Origin: Isurus oxyrinchus
Taxonomy: Eukaryota
Direction: 5' to 3'
NCBI GenBank assembly: GCA_026770705.1
Contig: JANJGN010000007.1
Location: 69,192,001-69,256,000 of the forward strand
Length of the DNA stretch: 64,000 nucleotides
Below, one piece after another: positions 1-12,795 of the stretch. The notes under the pieces were generated by a model. The model was not told the DNA's origin, ran no database searches, and worked only from the letters and a program-made list of their open reading frames with translations. Each line of letters begins with the position of its first letter. Positions within the stretch are counted from its first letter, which is position 1. Both the position numbers and the translations under genes were made by a program.

Positions 1-361
1 AGTGATATCCACATCCCATCAATATTTTTTTTTTAAAAGGATGAAAGATTGAGATTGAGCTCTGTCATGCAAGAATTTGCCTAGATCCTTTTATCTGGCG
101 CAATCATGATTTGCTTATGCTGGAATGTCAGAAACTGGTTAATGTGCACAGTTAGAACTCAAGCCCTGATTTACTTCCCACCATCACAAAAGATCCATTG
201 TGACTTCCCATATTGTGCTCACAGTCAAATTGTTTTTAATTTGAGGAATAAGGAGATGTGGGACACCAAGAGTCACCTAGAAATGAGCTCAGAATTATTT
301 CATAACATCCACGTTATTTTGTTTTATTTTAACTGTTTTTTCCTTCTCGATTTGCTGATAG

Positions 362-442
362 CTGGCCTGCAATTTGAAAGTATCTTACTCATACCTGGTC
401 ATGAAAAGGAAGTCAAACCTCCACTTGTTGTAATTCCACATG
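362..442 (+). CDS. APEH: APEH-like exon (first in window; upstream exons lie outside)
   Basis: AG/GTGAGT boundaries, 81 nt, phase 1-1. Encodes (A)GLQFESILLIPGHEKEVKPPLVVIPHG, matching human APEH AGLDFEAILLQP...VPMVVMPHG. Confidence 0.9.
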
Positions 443-1017
443 GTGAGTAGAAGCACATGCCACACTTTGCTCTGGAAAATGTGCATGAAAGGAAACAGGA
501 GTAAAATGTTGAACTGTGTCCTGTTTACATTTGATTCTTGGTTAAAACAGATATTCCACAGAAAAAGTGACTTTAGAAGAATCAGGGTAAAATTAAACAC
601 ACTGGTATCTATCAGGAGGAGGAAAATTTAAATGAAAAGGGATTTTGATTTAGAAAATATCCACAAGATGGATGCAGGTGGAGAGAGCTAGAGAATCTTT
701 AAAGTCCATGTGTAAACTTTTGTTTGAACTGTATGTACTTACGACATTCCAATAATTTAGAATTGTATGAGGGGCTGCTCTTTGGGTGATGGGAAGAAAC
801 CTTGTAGAACTTCCTCATAATAAGGTAGATTGTACCTGGAAGGATCATCTGCCTCATGTTCCATCTCTGAAGTTCTTCCTCCATTTAAATTAAGCCTGAA
901 GATTAAAGATTATGAGAAGCAATACAGATTTTATTAATATTTAAATGTGGGAATATTTAAACTATAGGAGAGTTGTTGGACTTGTCTGTTGGCTCTCAGA
1001 AAAGTAAAGATTTTACT

Positions 1018-2280
1018 TAATTCATTCACGGGATATGGGCATCATTGGCAAGGTAAAACTAGTATTTATAGGCCATTCTTAAGCATTAATGGTCCTTGCG
1101 AAGGTGGAGGTGAGCCTCCTTCTTGACGACCAAGTGGCTTGCTAGGCCATTTCAGAGAGTAGTTAAGAGTCAACTGCATTCAGGCCAGACTGAGTAAGAT
1201 CATAAGAAAAAGAAGCAGGAGTAGATCGTGCTGCCTCCGCCATTCAATAAGATCATAGCTGACCTGACTGGAGTCTTAATTTCACTTTGTTGCCTGCCCC
1301 CGATAACTGTTGTAGATCAAATATCTATCTATCTAACTCTGCCTTGAGTATAATCAGTGACCTAGTCTACACTGCTTTCTGTGGAAGAGAACTCCAATGA
1401 GAAACGACCTCTGAGAGAAGGAATTCCTACTGATCTAAGTCTGAAATAGGCAGACCCTTATTTTTAAACTGTGCCCCTAGTTCGACATTCCCCCATGAAG
1501 GGAAACATCATCTCAGCATCTACCCAATCAAGCCCCTCAGAATAAGTTTCAACAAGATCATGTCTTAAAGGCCCAACCTCCTAAACCTTTACTGATAAAA
1601 CAATCTCTTAATTCCAGAATCTGCCAAATGAACCTTCTCTGAACTGCTTCCAATGCAAGTATAATCCCCCCTTAAGTAAGACCAAACCAGTACACAGTAC
1701 TCTAGGTGTAGCCTCAGCAATTTTCTGTACAGTTGTAGCAAGACTCCTCTACATATATACTCCATCCCTGTTGCAATAAAGGCAAATATTCCACATAACT
1801 AGCTAATTACTTGCTGTATCTGCATGCTAACTGTTTGTTATTCATATGGGAGGATACCCAGTTCCTCCTGTATTGCAATATTCAGTAGCCTCTCTCCATT
1901 TAAACAATATTCTGTTTTTCTATTCTTCCTAAAGTGGACAAAATTGCATTTTCCCACATTATACTCCATTTGCCAAATTTTTGCCCACCCTCTTAACCTA
2001 CCTATATTCCTTTGCAGACTATTTGTATCCTACTCCCACGCATTCCTACGTACCTTTGTATCATCAGCAAATTTGGCTACAATGCAAGTAAGGACATCAA
2101 GTTTCATTCCCTAAAGGATATCAGTGAAACATCTGGGTTTTTACGAGAATGCAGTAATTATATTGTCACCGTTACTAATGCTGGCTTTTTATGCCATATT
2201 TATTAATCAATTGAATTTAAATTTTCCAGCTGCTGTGGTAGGATTTAAACTCATGTTGTTGGATCATGCTTCCAGGCATT
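1018..2280 (-). mobile_element. degenerate HE1-like SINE interrupted by a CR1 LINE 3' fragment (~1200-2085)
   Basis: Both flanks resemble the SINE at 14720-15036. The interior resembles the CR1 RT C-terminus and 3' UTR seen at 6860-7890. Confidence 0.65.
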
Positions 2281-3172
2281 TGTCATTCGTGAGGATTTAC
2301 CTAAAATATAAGTTTCTTCAATGTACATTATTGACCAATGTTTTCACCCCTGCTTATAATGGACACTTTTACCATTGATGTCCAAGGTAGAATCCCTTGC
2401 TGGCACTGCTTATTTGATCCAATGAGATTATTCAACTAAATTGCATCAATTAAATGAAGATTTTAGTTAAATATCCTTTCATTTTGAAACAGCTCTTCTA
2501 ACTTTTCAGCTTTTAGCACCCCTCTTTTTGCATCCCTCTGACCTGTGGTTTTACATTGTGTTCAGTTAAGTCACATTATCACTTTTTAATGTTTTTAGTC
2601 ACCCTCTTGTTTTCTCCTTGTCCCCTCTCATAAGGAAGGGGACATTTTTTGATACTTTGCCTCTGCAGACATTGAAAGCCTAAACAAAGATAAAATAGTT
2701 TATCTTTGTACTGCTGGAACAAACAGGGTCAATTCCACTCTCCTCACGGCAGGAGAAATATTACAGAAATTAGTGTGGACTTTATAGCTGTCACCATGAG
2801 ATACATTTTTCTCATTCATTCAGTTTAGCAGGAAAATAGATGTAAAGCGTATATAATATGGCATTGCCTATTTTACAATTGTCATTTTTAGCAAATAATG
2901 AGCAAACCAAGAATTGTATATGCATGCTGTACTGGACAGTTCTAATAGAGCCTTGTGAAATCTTTCCTCAAGAATATTTTCTGTATGGGATTTTGACTTC
3001 GCATTTCACACAATTGTTTGCTATTTGGGGTGCAGTGACTATCCATTTGTAGACAAGCCAAAAGGAGAAATGGAAAGGAGCTGCAGGTTTATTCTCGTGT
3101 CAGTAGCCCACTCAACCATGTTAACATACATTTTAATGCCAGCTCTCTCAGTCTATTTGCTTCATTCTGCAG

Positions 3173-3253
3173 GGGGACCTAACTCGATCTTTGTTGTCAG
3201 TTGGATGTTGCTGCCTGTTGCTCTTTGTAAGCTGGGATACGCAGTGCTGCTCG
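3173..3253 (+). CDS. APEH: APEH-like exon
   Basis: cag/GTTAGT, 81 nt. Encodes GPNSIFVVSWMLLPVALCKLGYAVLL (human GPHSSFVTAWMLFPAMLCKMGFAVLL). Confidence 0.92.
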
Positions 3254-3553
3254 GTTAGTACCAGATTTGGTAATTATGTTTTTGACAATTTCCCTCCCTA
3301 CTCCATTTTGTATCCACTATGGGTGTGGTTTTGCATTAGACAAGTGTTCTACAGTACCTTACCCAAAAAATAATTCAATCCCTGGGGCTGTACAGCTGAA
3401 TTCAGCCTTGTCTTCAATCAGCAAACGCACAAAAGGGACCAGTCAGTGAGTCACAAGTGGGAAACCTGGTTTATTTTTCCTTTTTTGCTTTAGGGGCTCT
3501 GAGGACATTGCAATTGGGGGTTTATCTTTGCTCTCCAGGATGATTCCCATGTA

Positions 3554-6500
3554 CAGATTGAATGTGCAAAATCCGACACCCTCGGAACTGAGACCATGTC
3601 GGATTTTGGATTTTCCCGGGTTTTGGACAATAAAGTCAGGTAGCCCATCCTCGGCCAAATTCAATGAATAAGAAATGCATGAAAAATAATCAAACGTTTA
3701 CATACAGTTTGAAAAAGAATAAACAATATATTTTTAATAAAGTGTGAGAAAGAATGCATAATAATGTATACATAAAATTTGAAAGAAAATGTGTTTTGTA
3801 TATACCAAATATTCTTCCTGTGATCCTCTTTCAAAGTAAGATGCACAAAAATGAACACTGAGTCCTTTACATCTCACTGAAGGTTGAGCTTGAGAGAGCT
3901 GTTGAGGGAGAGGGCTCAGCTGAGATGTCTGGGGTTGATGACAGGCCAGCAATAGGATTTTCCAAACCAGGAAATTGTATTTGAAGTGGCAGTTGAAGTC
4001 AGGTCAATAGTACTCAACTGGGATGCTTTATTAAAGAGATCAGCTTCTTAAACCTTGGCTTCTCTATGAGTGGCTTCTCTAAAATCTTGTAAACCCACAT
4101 TATCTCTTGTTCCAATTTGAAGCTAGAGCATTAATTAAATCTTCATGCATATTTATATACTTATCTATCGACTTTCCCTGCTTGATCACCAGTGTCATCA
4201 TTGTCATTCTCGCTGTTTTTAATTGTTCATCTGGATGTAAAACTATTTCTACAATTTCACCATAAGTGTGTGAATGACTGGAGCATCGTTGTCTATGTTC
4301 ATAAGCTCTTTGATTTCATATTTCATTCAATGATTGCATAGCTTGAGAAGACAACCCTTTTGCATGCTCTAACACTTCAGAAATCATTTCTTTCTCATTA
4401 GACATGTGAAATCCTTAAAATCAGCAGCAGCATCTTCATCAGCATCAAACATAGTTGCCAGTTACAAGTTGTCCCAAGGGTTAGTCATGGTGTCTTTAGT
4501 CTCTTGATTTCACGCATGTGCCGCAGACCAGATGGCATCCTTCACTAAAAATTATTTTTGGAACCTTTCTGTCCACAGGTCTCGATTCACAGTACTAGGC
4601 ATTTGCCTCATCATTTTGCCTTTATACTTACATGGACCTTAACGTCATTGATACAGCGAAGGATCAAGTCATTTTATGTTCTGGGGTAAATATTTGGCCA
4701 CAGTGTCTTTCATGAGAAGTTCAGCGTAAGGATGTGCTGAGCAATTGTCAAATAACAACAATACCTTACACTTTTCATCAAGCCCAACTGACTGACAATG
4801 AGCGTAAGCCTCAGGAACAAAGTACTTCTTAAACCAATCTAAACAAATTTGCCTGGTTATCCATGCTCTCTAGTTAGCATAATAATGACCTGGAAATATT
4901 TTTGCCCCCTTGAAACATCTTGGACGCTGGCTTTTTCCGATGCTTACACTAATATGCCCCAGCTGCATTAGCAAAACCAGGCACAGTAAGCCTATCTTTT
5001 GTGTCTTTTACATGTGTTGGTGCCACCTCATCAGTTGTTGCTAAAGTTTTCCTTGATATGTAATGCCAAAATAGGAATTTTTCATCGGCATTATAGATTT
5101 GTTCAGCTGAAAGGTTTTCATCAGCGATTAACTTGGCGCACTCATCAACTAATTTTCAGCTACCTCATAATCTGCTGAGGCTTTATCACCGCACATCTTG
5201 GGCAGGATTTTACCATTGGTGAGCGGAGGCAGGGGCGGGGCCCATTCGCCGACGCAGGATGACATCGGGCGGAACTCCTGACATCACCTGCCCCATTTAA
5301 ATTTTCAGGAAGGTGGGGGGTGTAGCAAATTCAGCTGCACACCCGCCGAACTGTCAGTGGCCAATTGAGGCCATTGACAGGATCAATTAAGTAATTAAAA
5401 GACCTGCTCGTCCAACTTTAAGGTTGGCAGGCAGGCCAGGAGCCCCAGCGGCAACTAGAAAAAAACATGAAACCTCATCCACTAGCAGGATGAAGTTTCA
5501 TGTAGGGTTTTAAAAATTTGAATAAAGTTGTTATGGAAATTATGAACATGTCTCAGCTCATGTGACATTGTCACATGAGGGGACATGTAAGGGAATTATT
5601 TTTTCCTATTTTTAGTATTGTTGAAAGTAGAGCCAATCACCCTGAGGTAGCACTTAGCCTCAGGAAGATGAGTGTGCTCTTTCGTGTACATGCGCAAAAG
5701 AGCGCACTCTCAATTTTAGGGATTCCCACCTGCCCACACAGGGAGCGCAAAGCTCCCTTAATTGACCTACCCACATTAATTGGCCCTGCGCCTCCGATTG
5801 GGGGTGCCGATCGGATGCATGCCCACACTCGCCAGCCCATCAACTTCACCGCCCCCCCCCCCCTCAATGGGGGATAATTCTGCCCCTTGAGTTGCTATAT
5901 TCCATGATGCCTTTTAAATTTGGTTAACCAACCTGAAGTGTAGTCTCATGGAGTTGAAATATTCAGTTAATTGCAGAAAATCTTGGCTTGCTTAACCAAC
6001 ATCTGCCAATCAATGGCACCCTCTTACTTTTCCACTGTCACATTCACTCCACAGCACTCTGCCTCAATCATCATTTCCAGATTTATGTATCATTTTTCAT
6101 TTATTCAATTCTTTCTGAACATGATTTTCAGCATAAAACTTTTGTAATCTGGTCTTTCTCTTAAATCCGAAATGGTGGAGGTACCCACCCATACTCCTCA
6201 CTCAGTTTTCGCATGGACGCACCACTATCTAATTTCTGTAGTAATTCCACTTTCTTAGCTACAGACAATGAATTATGCTTCATATTTTCAGTGCTGCCCA
6301 TGAGGATATCTGCTGGCCTTTGACATGATTGCAATGGTAAAAAGCACAGGAAATCACAGAAAATGATACTGGTACAGCAACAGCAGTTTGGGCTAGGCTG
6401 GGCGGGGTGGGGTTGCAGGTTGTTGAGGTCAACTCAGAGCATGAAAACTAGAACAGCTGCCACTGTAGACAAGCGGTGAAGCTGATAACCAGCCCGCCTC

Positions 6501-6636
6501 ATCGCCAAGAATGAGCGCCTAGTTGAATTGTCCCGGTATTTGAGCAATAAGTCCGAATTTCATTTAACTGAATATCAAATGGAATATTTTCAAAAATTTC
6601 AGTTTTGGAAAGGCCGGATTTGCAAAGTACCACCTG
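3554..6636 (-). mobile_element. Tigger/pogo (Jerky-like) DNA transposon relic
   Basis: TA|CAG...CTG|TA ends with degenerate TIRs (cagattgaatgtgcaaaatccg / ccggatttgcaaagtaccacctg). Minus-strand transposase remnants: MKHNSLSVAKKVELLQKLDSG (CENP-B-type HTH, ~6283), YNADEKFLFW (~5095), LFDNCSAHP (~4755). Frameshifted. Confidence 0.8.
5200..5885. mobile_element. non-autonomous PIF/Harbinger-like element nested in the Tigger transposase
   Basis: Termini gggcaggatttt / ataattctgccc with a 3-bp TSD CTT. GC-rich interior. The transposase frame resumes across the insertion (LK|MCGDKASADYE). Confidence 0.7.
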
Positions 6637-6859
6637 TAGTGAATGGTTTTCGTAGGGGAGGATGAGGCTTGATATGGTCCAGCTACATCTGATGGCTTTA
6701 TCAGTTGCTTTCCAGATTACTCCTAAGTCTGCATCACTGGGAACTGAGGAAGCAAAGGTGGGTATACTAAGGGAGTGACCAGGATAGAAGTGGGTAAAGA
6801 TCTTTCTGGAAACAAGCACATCAATAGTAGAGGTATGGCGATAGTTTAGCTTATTGAAC

Positions 6860-7890
6860 ATACGAACAAGGTGCAGGAGTAGGCTGTTTGGCCCTTCGAG
6901 CCTGTTCCACCATTTAATAAGATCATGGCTAATTTGATAGTAACCTCAAATCTGCATCCCCCTTTCCCCGATAACCTAACACCCCCTTGCTTACCAAGAA
7001 TCTATCCATCTCTATCTTAAAAATATTCAAAGACTTTGCTTCCATTGCCTTTTCAGGAAGAGAGTTCCAAAGACTCATAACCCCCCGAGAGAAAAAAATT
7101 CATCTCATCTCTGTTTTAAATGGGTGACCCCTTATTTTTAAACAGTGACCTCTAGTTCTAGATTCTCCCACAAGAAGAAACCTCCTCTCTATATTCACCC
7201 TGTCAAGTCCCCTCAGGATCTTACATGTTCCAGTCAAGTCACCTCTTACTCTTCTAAACGCCAGTGGATACAAGCCTAGCCTGTCCAACCTTTCCTCATA
7301 AGACAACCCGCCCACTCCAGGTATTAGTGTGGTAAATCTTCTCAGAACTGCTAACGCATTTACATCCTTCCTTAAATAAGGTGACCAATACTGTACACAG
7401 TACTCCAGATGTGGACTCACTTGCCAAAATGGACAATTTCACATTTTTCCATAATATACTCCATTTGCCAGATCTTTGCCCACTCACTTAACCTATCCAT
7501 ATATGTTTGTAGCCTCCTTATGTTCCCTTCACAAATTACTTTCCTACCTATTTTTGTCTTATCTGCAAATTTGGTAACCATCCCACCCATCCTTTCATCC
7601 AAGTCATGTATATAAATTGTAAGCAATTGAGAACCCAGCAGTGATCCCCATGGCATACCACTCATTACACCTTTGGCAACCTGAAAAAGACCCATTTATG
7701 CCTACTGTGCTTCTTGCTAGCCAGCCAATCTTCTATCCATGCCAATATGTTACCCCCTATATCATGAGCTTTTATTTTCTGCAATAATCTTTGATGTGGC
7801 ACCTTATCAAATGCCTCCTGGACATCCACCAGTTCCACTTTATCCACAACACATGTTGCACCTTCAAAGAACTCCAATGAGTTGGTTAAA
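6860..7890 (-). mobile_element. CR1 LINE 3' fragment
   Basis: Broken RT: AFDKVPH, KFADKTK, PHLEYCVQYWSP, followed by 3' UTR. Confidence 0.9.
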
Positions 7891-8349
7891 AATATCAGTG
7901 ACTGCAGAAGTTGCATGGTGAATGGAAATGCCAAACATTTTGGCATTTGGATGAACATTTTGTTCCAGGGATAAATGTAGAGGAATGGTGTTGGAAGGAG
8001 ATAAGCAGTTGTATGTGGTGAAGGAAAAGGGGAAGTGATTGGAAATGGCCTTACCTATGATTGAGACCATGGAAGTAGAGAGGCCCCAAAAGAAAGCAAG
8101 CTCAAGGTGGTAGCCATAAATATGGGTAGGAGAGCGGCTGTCAATTGAAGAAAAAAAGGATGAGCTGTATGGAGATGAAGATCAACATCATTGGAACGAG
8201 GAGTTACTGAGGAAGGAAAGGAAAGCTATCCTAGGGCAGTGCTGTAAGGTGCTAGGTAACTATTTTTTGGTCATAGGTTGAACAACTCTGTTTTGCTTTG
8301 ATGTTGATGCAATTGCCCAACACTGACATTCCAATTGCCTCACAACTGT

Positions 8350-8632
8350 ACTGCAGGCATTCACCAAGTATCTTTAGACAGCACCTTCCAAACCCATGAC
8401 TGCTACCATCTAGAAGGACAAGGGCAGCAGATGCATGGGAACATCACTGCCTGGAAGTTCCCCTACAAGCCACTCACCATCCCGACTTGGAAATATATCG
8501 CCGTTCCTTCACTGTCACTGGGTCAAAATCCTGGAACTCTCTCCCTAACAGCACTGTGGGTGTACCAAGACCACATGGACTGCAGTGGTTTAAGAAGGCA
8601 GCTCACCACCACCTTTTCAAGGGCAACTAGGG
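8350..8632 (+). mobile_element. HER1-like LINE 3' fragment
   Basis: Reverse-complement match to 27450-27780 and 41600-41900. Confidence 0.8.
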
Positions 8633-9215
8633 TTATTTCTGACTTAAATTAAACTACTCTTGTGGGCAGTCCTTCTAACATATAATTCTGGTTGACTGTC
8701 GAGCCCTGAGAAGTAAATTATTTACAGAAACAGAATTACCTGGAAAAACTCAGCAGGTCTGGCAGCATCGGCGGAGAATAAAAGAGTTGACGTTTTGCGT
8801 CTTCATGACCCTTCGACAGAACTTGATTTCGAGTCCAAGAAAGAGTTGAAATATAAACTGGTTTAGGTGTGTGTGTGGGGGGCGGAGAGATAGAGAGACA
8901 GAGAGGTGGGTGGGTGTGGTTGTGTGGACAAACAAGCAGTGATAGAAGCAGATCATCAAAAGATGTCAGCGACAATGGTACAATAGAACACATAGGTGTT
9001 AAAGTTAAAGTTGGTGATATTATCTAAACGAATGTGCTAATTAAGAATGGATGGTAGGGCACTCAAGGTACAGCTCTAGTGGGGGTGGAGGGAGCATAAA
9101 AGATTTTAAAATATTTAAAAACAATGGAAATAGGTGGGAAAAGAAAAATCTATATAATTTATTGGGGAAAAAAAAAGGGGGAAAACAGAAAGGGGGTGGG
9201 GATGGGGGAGGGAGC

Positions 9216-11030
9216 TCACGACCTAAAGTTATTGAATTCAATATTCAGTCCGGAAGGCTGTAAGGTGCCTAGTCGGAAGATGAGGTGTTCCTCCAGTTTG
9301 CGTTGGGCTTCACTGGAACAATGCAGCAAGCCAAGGACAGACATGTGGGCAAGAGAGCAGGGTGGAGTGTTAAAATGGCAAGCGACAGGGAGGTTTGGGT
9401 CATTCTTGCGGACAGACCGCAGGTGTTCTGCAAAGCGGTCGCCCAGTTTACGTTTGGTCTCTCCAATGTAGAGGAGACCACATTGGGAGCAACGAATGCA
9501 GTAGACTAAGTTGGGGAAATGCCGCTTCACTTGAAAGGAGTGTTTGGGCCCTTGGACGGTGTGGAGAGAGCAAGTGAAGGGGCAGGTGTTACATCTTTTG
9601 CGTGGACATGGGGTGGTGCCATAGGAGGGGGTTGAGGAGTAGGGGGTGATGGAGGAGTGGACCAGGGTGTCCCGGAGGGAGCGATCCCTACGGAATGCCG
9701 ATAAGGGGGGTGAAGGGAAGATGTGTTTGGTGGTGGCATCATGCTGGAGTTGGCGGAAATGGCGGAGGATGATCCTTTGAATGCGGAGGCTGGTGGGGTG
9801 ATAAGTGAGGACAAGGGGGACCCTATCATGTTTCTGGGAGGGAGGAGAAGGCATGAGGGTGGATGCGCGGGAGATGGGCCGGACACGGTTGAGGGCCCTG
9901 TCAACGACCGTGGGTGGAAAACCTCGGTTAAGGAAGAAGGAGGACATGTCAGAGGAACTGTTTTTGAAGGTAGCATCATCGGAACAGATGCGACGAAGGC
10001 GAAGGAACTGGGAGAATGGGATGGAGTCCTTACAGGAAGCGGGGTGTGAGGAGCTGTAGTCGAGGTAGCTGTGGGAGTCGGTGGGTTTGTAATGGATATT
10101 GGTGGACAGTCTATCACCAGAGATTGAGACAGAGAGGTCAAGGAAGGGAAGGGAAGTGTCAGAGATGGACCACGTGAAAATGATGGAGGGGTGGAGATTG
10201 GAAGCAAAATTAATAAATTTTTCCAAGTCCCGACGAGAGCATGAAGCGGCACCGAAGTAATCATCGATGTACCGGAGAAAAAGTTGTGGAAGGGGGCCGG
10301 AGTAGGACTGCAACAAGGAATGTTCCACATACCCCATAAAGAGACAGGCATAGCTGGGGCCCATGCGGGTACCCAAAGCCACACCTTTTATTTGGAGGAA
10401 GTGAGAGGAGTTGAAGGAGAAATTGTTCAACGTGAGAACAAGTTCAGCCAGACGGAGGAGAGTAGTGGTGGATGGGGATTATTCGGGCCTCTGTTCGAGG
10501 AATGCCCTCAGACCATCCTGGTGGGAATGGAGGTGTAGAGGGATTGGACGTCCATGGTGAAGAGGAAGCGGTTGGGGCCAGGGAACTGGAAATTGTTGAT
10601 GTGACGTAAGGTGTTAGAGGAATCACGGATGTAGGTGGGAAGGGACTGGACAAGGGGAGAGAGAAGGGAGTCAAGATAACGAGAAATGAGTTCTGTGGGG
10701 CAGGAGCAAGCTGAGACGATCGGTCTACCGGGGCAGTTCTCTTTGTGGATTTTGGGTAGGAGATAGAAGCGGGCCGTCCGAGGTTGGGCGACTATCAGGT
10801 TGGAAGCTGTGGGAGGGAGATCCCCAGAGGAGATGAGGTCAGTGACAGTCCTGGAAACAATGGCTTGATGTTCAGTGGTGGGGTCATGGTCCAGGGAGAG
10901 GTAGGAGGAAGTGTCTGCGAGTTGACGCTCAGCCTCCGCGAGGTAGAGGTCAGTGCGCCAGACAACAACAGCACCACCCTTGTCAGCGGGTTTGATGACA
11001 ATGTCAGGGTTGGACCTGAGAGAATGGAGT
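9216..11030 (-). pseudogene. Penelope RT/GIY-YIG ORF, 5'-truncated, frameshifted near 10503
   Basis: Motifs IKPADKGG, LPKIHK..PGRPIVS, TMDVQSLYT, GVALGT, RYIDD, LPFLD, and GIY-YIG NLVYCIRCSQCGLLYIGETKRKLGDRFAEH. Confidence 0.92.
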
Positions 11031-12354
11031 CCCCACCAGGATGGTCTGAGGGCCCTTAGCTTCTTCCTCGAACAGAGGCCTGAATAATCCCCATCCACCA
11101 CTACTCTCCTCCGTCTGGCTGAACTTGTTCTCACGTTGAACAATTTCTCCTTCAACTCCTCTCACTTCCTCCAAATAAAAGGTGTGGCTTTGGGTACCCG
11201 CATGGGCCCCAGCTATGCCTGTCTCTTTATGGGGTATGTGGAACATTCCTTGTTGCAGTCCTACTCCGGCCCCCTTCCACAACTTTTTCTCCGGTACATC
11301 GATGATTACTTCGGTGCCGCTTCATGCTCTCGTCGGGACTTGGAAAAATTTATTAATTTTGCTTCCAATCTCCACCCCTCCATCATTTTCACGTGGTCCA
11401 TCTCTGACACTTCCCTTCCCTTCCTTGACCTCTCTGTCTCAATCTCTGGTGATAGACTGTCCACCAATATCCATTACAAACCCACCGACTCCCACAGCTA
11501 CCTCGACTACAGCTCCTCACACCCCGCTTCCTGTAAGGACTCCATCCCATTCTCCCAGTTCCTTCGCCTTCGTCGCATCTGTTCCGATGATGCTACCTTC
11601 AAAAACAGTTCCTCTGACATGTCCTCCTTCTTCCTTAACCGAGGTTTTCCACCCACGGTCGTTGACAGGGCCCTCAACCGTGTCCGGCCCATCTCCCGCG
11701 CATCCACCCTCATGCCTTCTCCTCCCTCCCAGAAACATGATAGGGTCCCCCTTGTCCTCACTTATCACCCCACCAGCCTCCGCATTCAAAGGATCATCCT
11801 CCGCCATTTCCGCCAACTCCAGCATGATGCCACCACCAAACACATCTTCCCTTCACCCCCCTTATCGGCATTCCGTAGGGATCGCTCCCTCCGGGACACC
11901 CTGGTCCACTCCTCCATCACCCCCTACTCCTCAACCCCATCCTATGGCACCACCCCATGCCCACGCAAAAGATGTAACACCTGCCCCTTCACTTGCTCTC
12001 TCCACACCGTCCAAGGGCCCAAACACTCCTTTCAAGTGAAGCAGCATTTCCCCCAACTTAGTCTACTGCATTCGTTGCTCCTAATGTGGTCTCCTCTCCA
12101 TTGGAGAGACCAAACGTAAACTGGGCGACCGCTTTGCAGAACACCTGCGGTCTGTCCGCAAGAATGACCCAAACCTCCCTGTCGCTTGCCATTTTAACAC
12201 TCCACCCTGCTCTCTTGCCCACATGTCTGTCCTTGGCTTGCTGCATTGTTCCAGTGAAGCTCAACGCAAACTGGAGGAACAACACCTCATCTTCCGACCA
12301 GGCACCTTACAGCCTTCCGGACTGAATATTGAATTCAACAACTTTAGGTCGTGA
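11031..12354 (+). pseudogene. Penelope RT/GIY-YIG ORF, second inverted copy, frameshifted near 12050
   Basis: ORF 11136-12119 is identical in translation to the left copy until KQHFP, then shifts frame. The native stop is TGA at 12352-12354. Confidence 0.92.
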
Positions 12355-12756
12355 GCTCCCTCCCCCATCCCCACCCCCATCCCCACCCCCTTTCTGTTTC
12401 CCCCTTTTTTTTCCCAATAAATTATATAGATTTTTCTTTTCCCACCTATTTCCATTGTTTTTAAATATTTTAAAATCTTTTATGCTCCCTCCACCCCCAC
12501 TAGAGCTGTACCTTGAGTGCCCTACCATCCATTCTTAATTAGCACATTCGTTTAGATAATATCACCAACTTTAACTTTAACACCTATGTGTTCTATTGTA
12601 CCATTGTCGCTGACATCTTTTGATGATCTGCTTCTATCACTGCTTGTTTGTCCACACAACCACACCCACCCACCTCTCTGTCTCTCTATCTCTCCGCCTC
12701 CCACACACACACCTTAAACCAGTTTATATTTCAACTCTTTCTTGGACTCGAAATCA

Positions 12757-12795
12757 AGTTCTGTCGAAGGGTCATGAAGACTCGAAACGTCAACT
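12757..12795 (+). ncRNA. minimal type I hammerhead ribozyme-like motif in the Penelope 3' repeat
   Basis: AGTT-CTGTCGA-a-GGGTC atgaa GACTC-GAAA-CGTC-AACT: stem I, core, stem II, GAAA, palindromic ACGT, GUC site. Other copies at 8785-8823(-, mutated), 15521-15559(-), 15628-15666(+), 30787-30825(+), 34359-34396(-). Confidence 0.7.

Noticed and set aside
9527-12039. Two 285-aa Pro/Ser/Thr-rich ORFs and mirrored antisense ORFs
   Set aside because: They are alternative frames of the C-rich Penelope ORF, duplicated only because of the inverted repeat.
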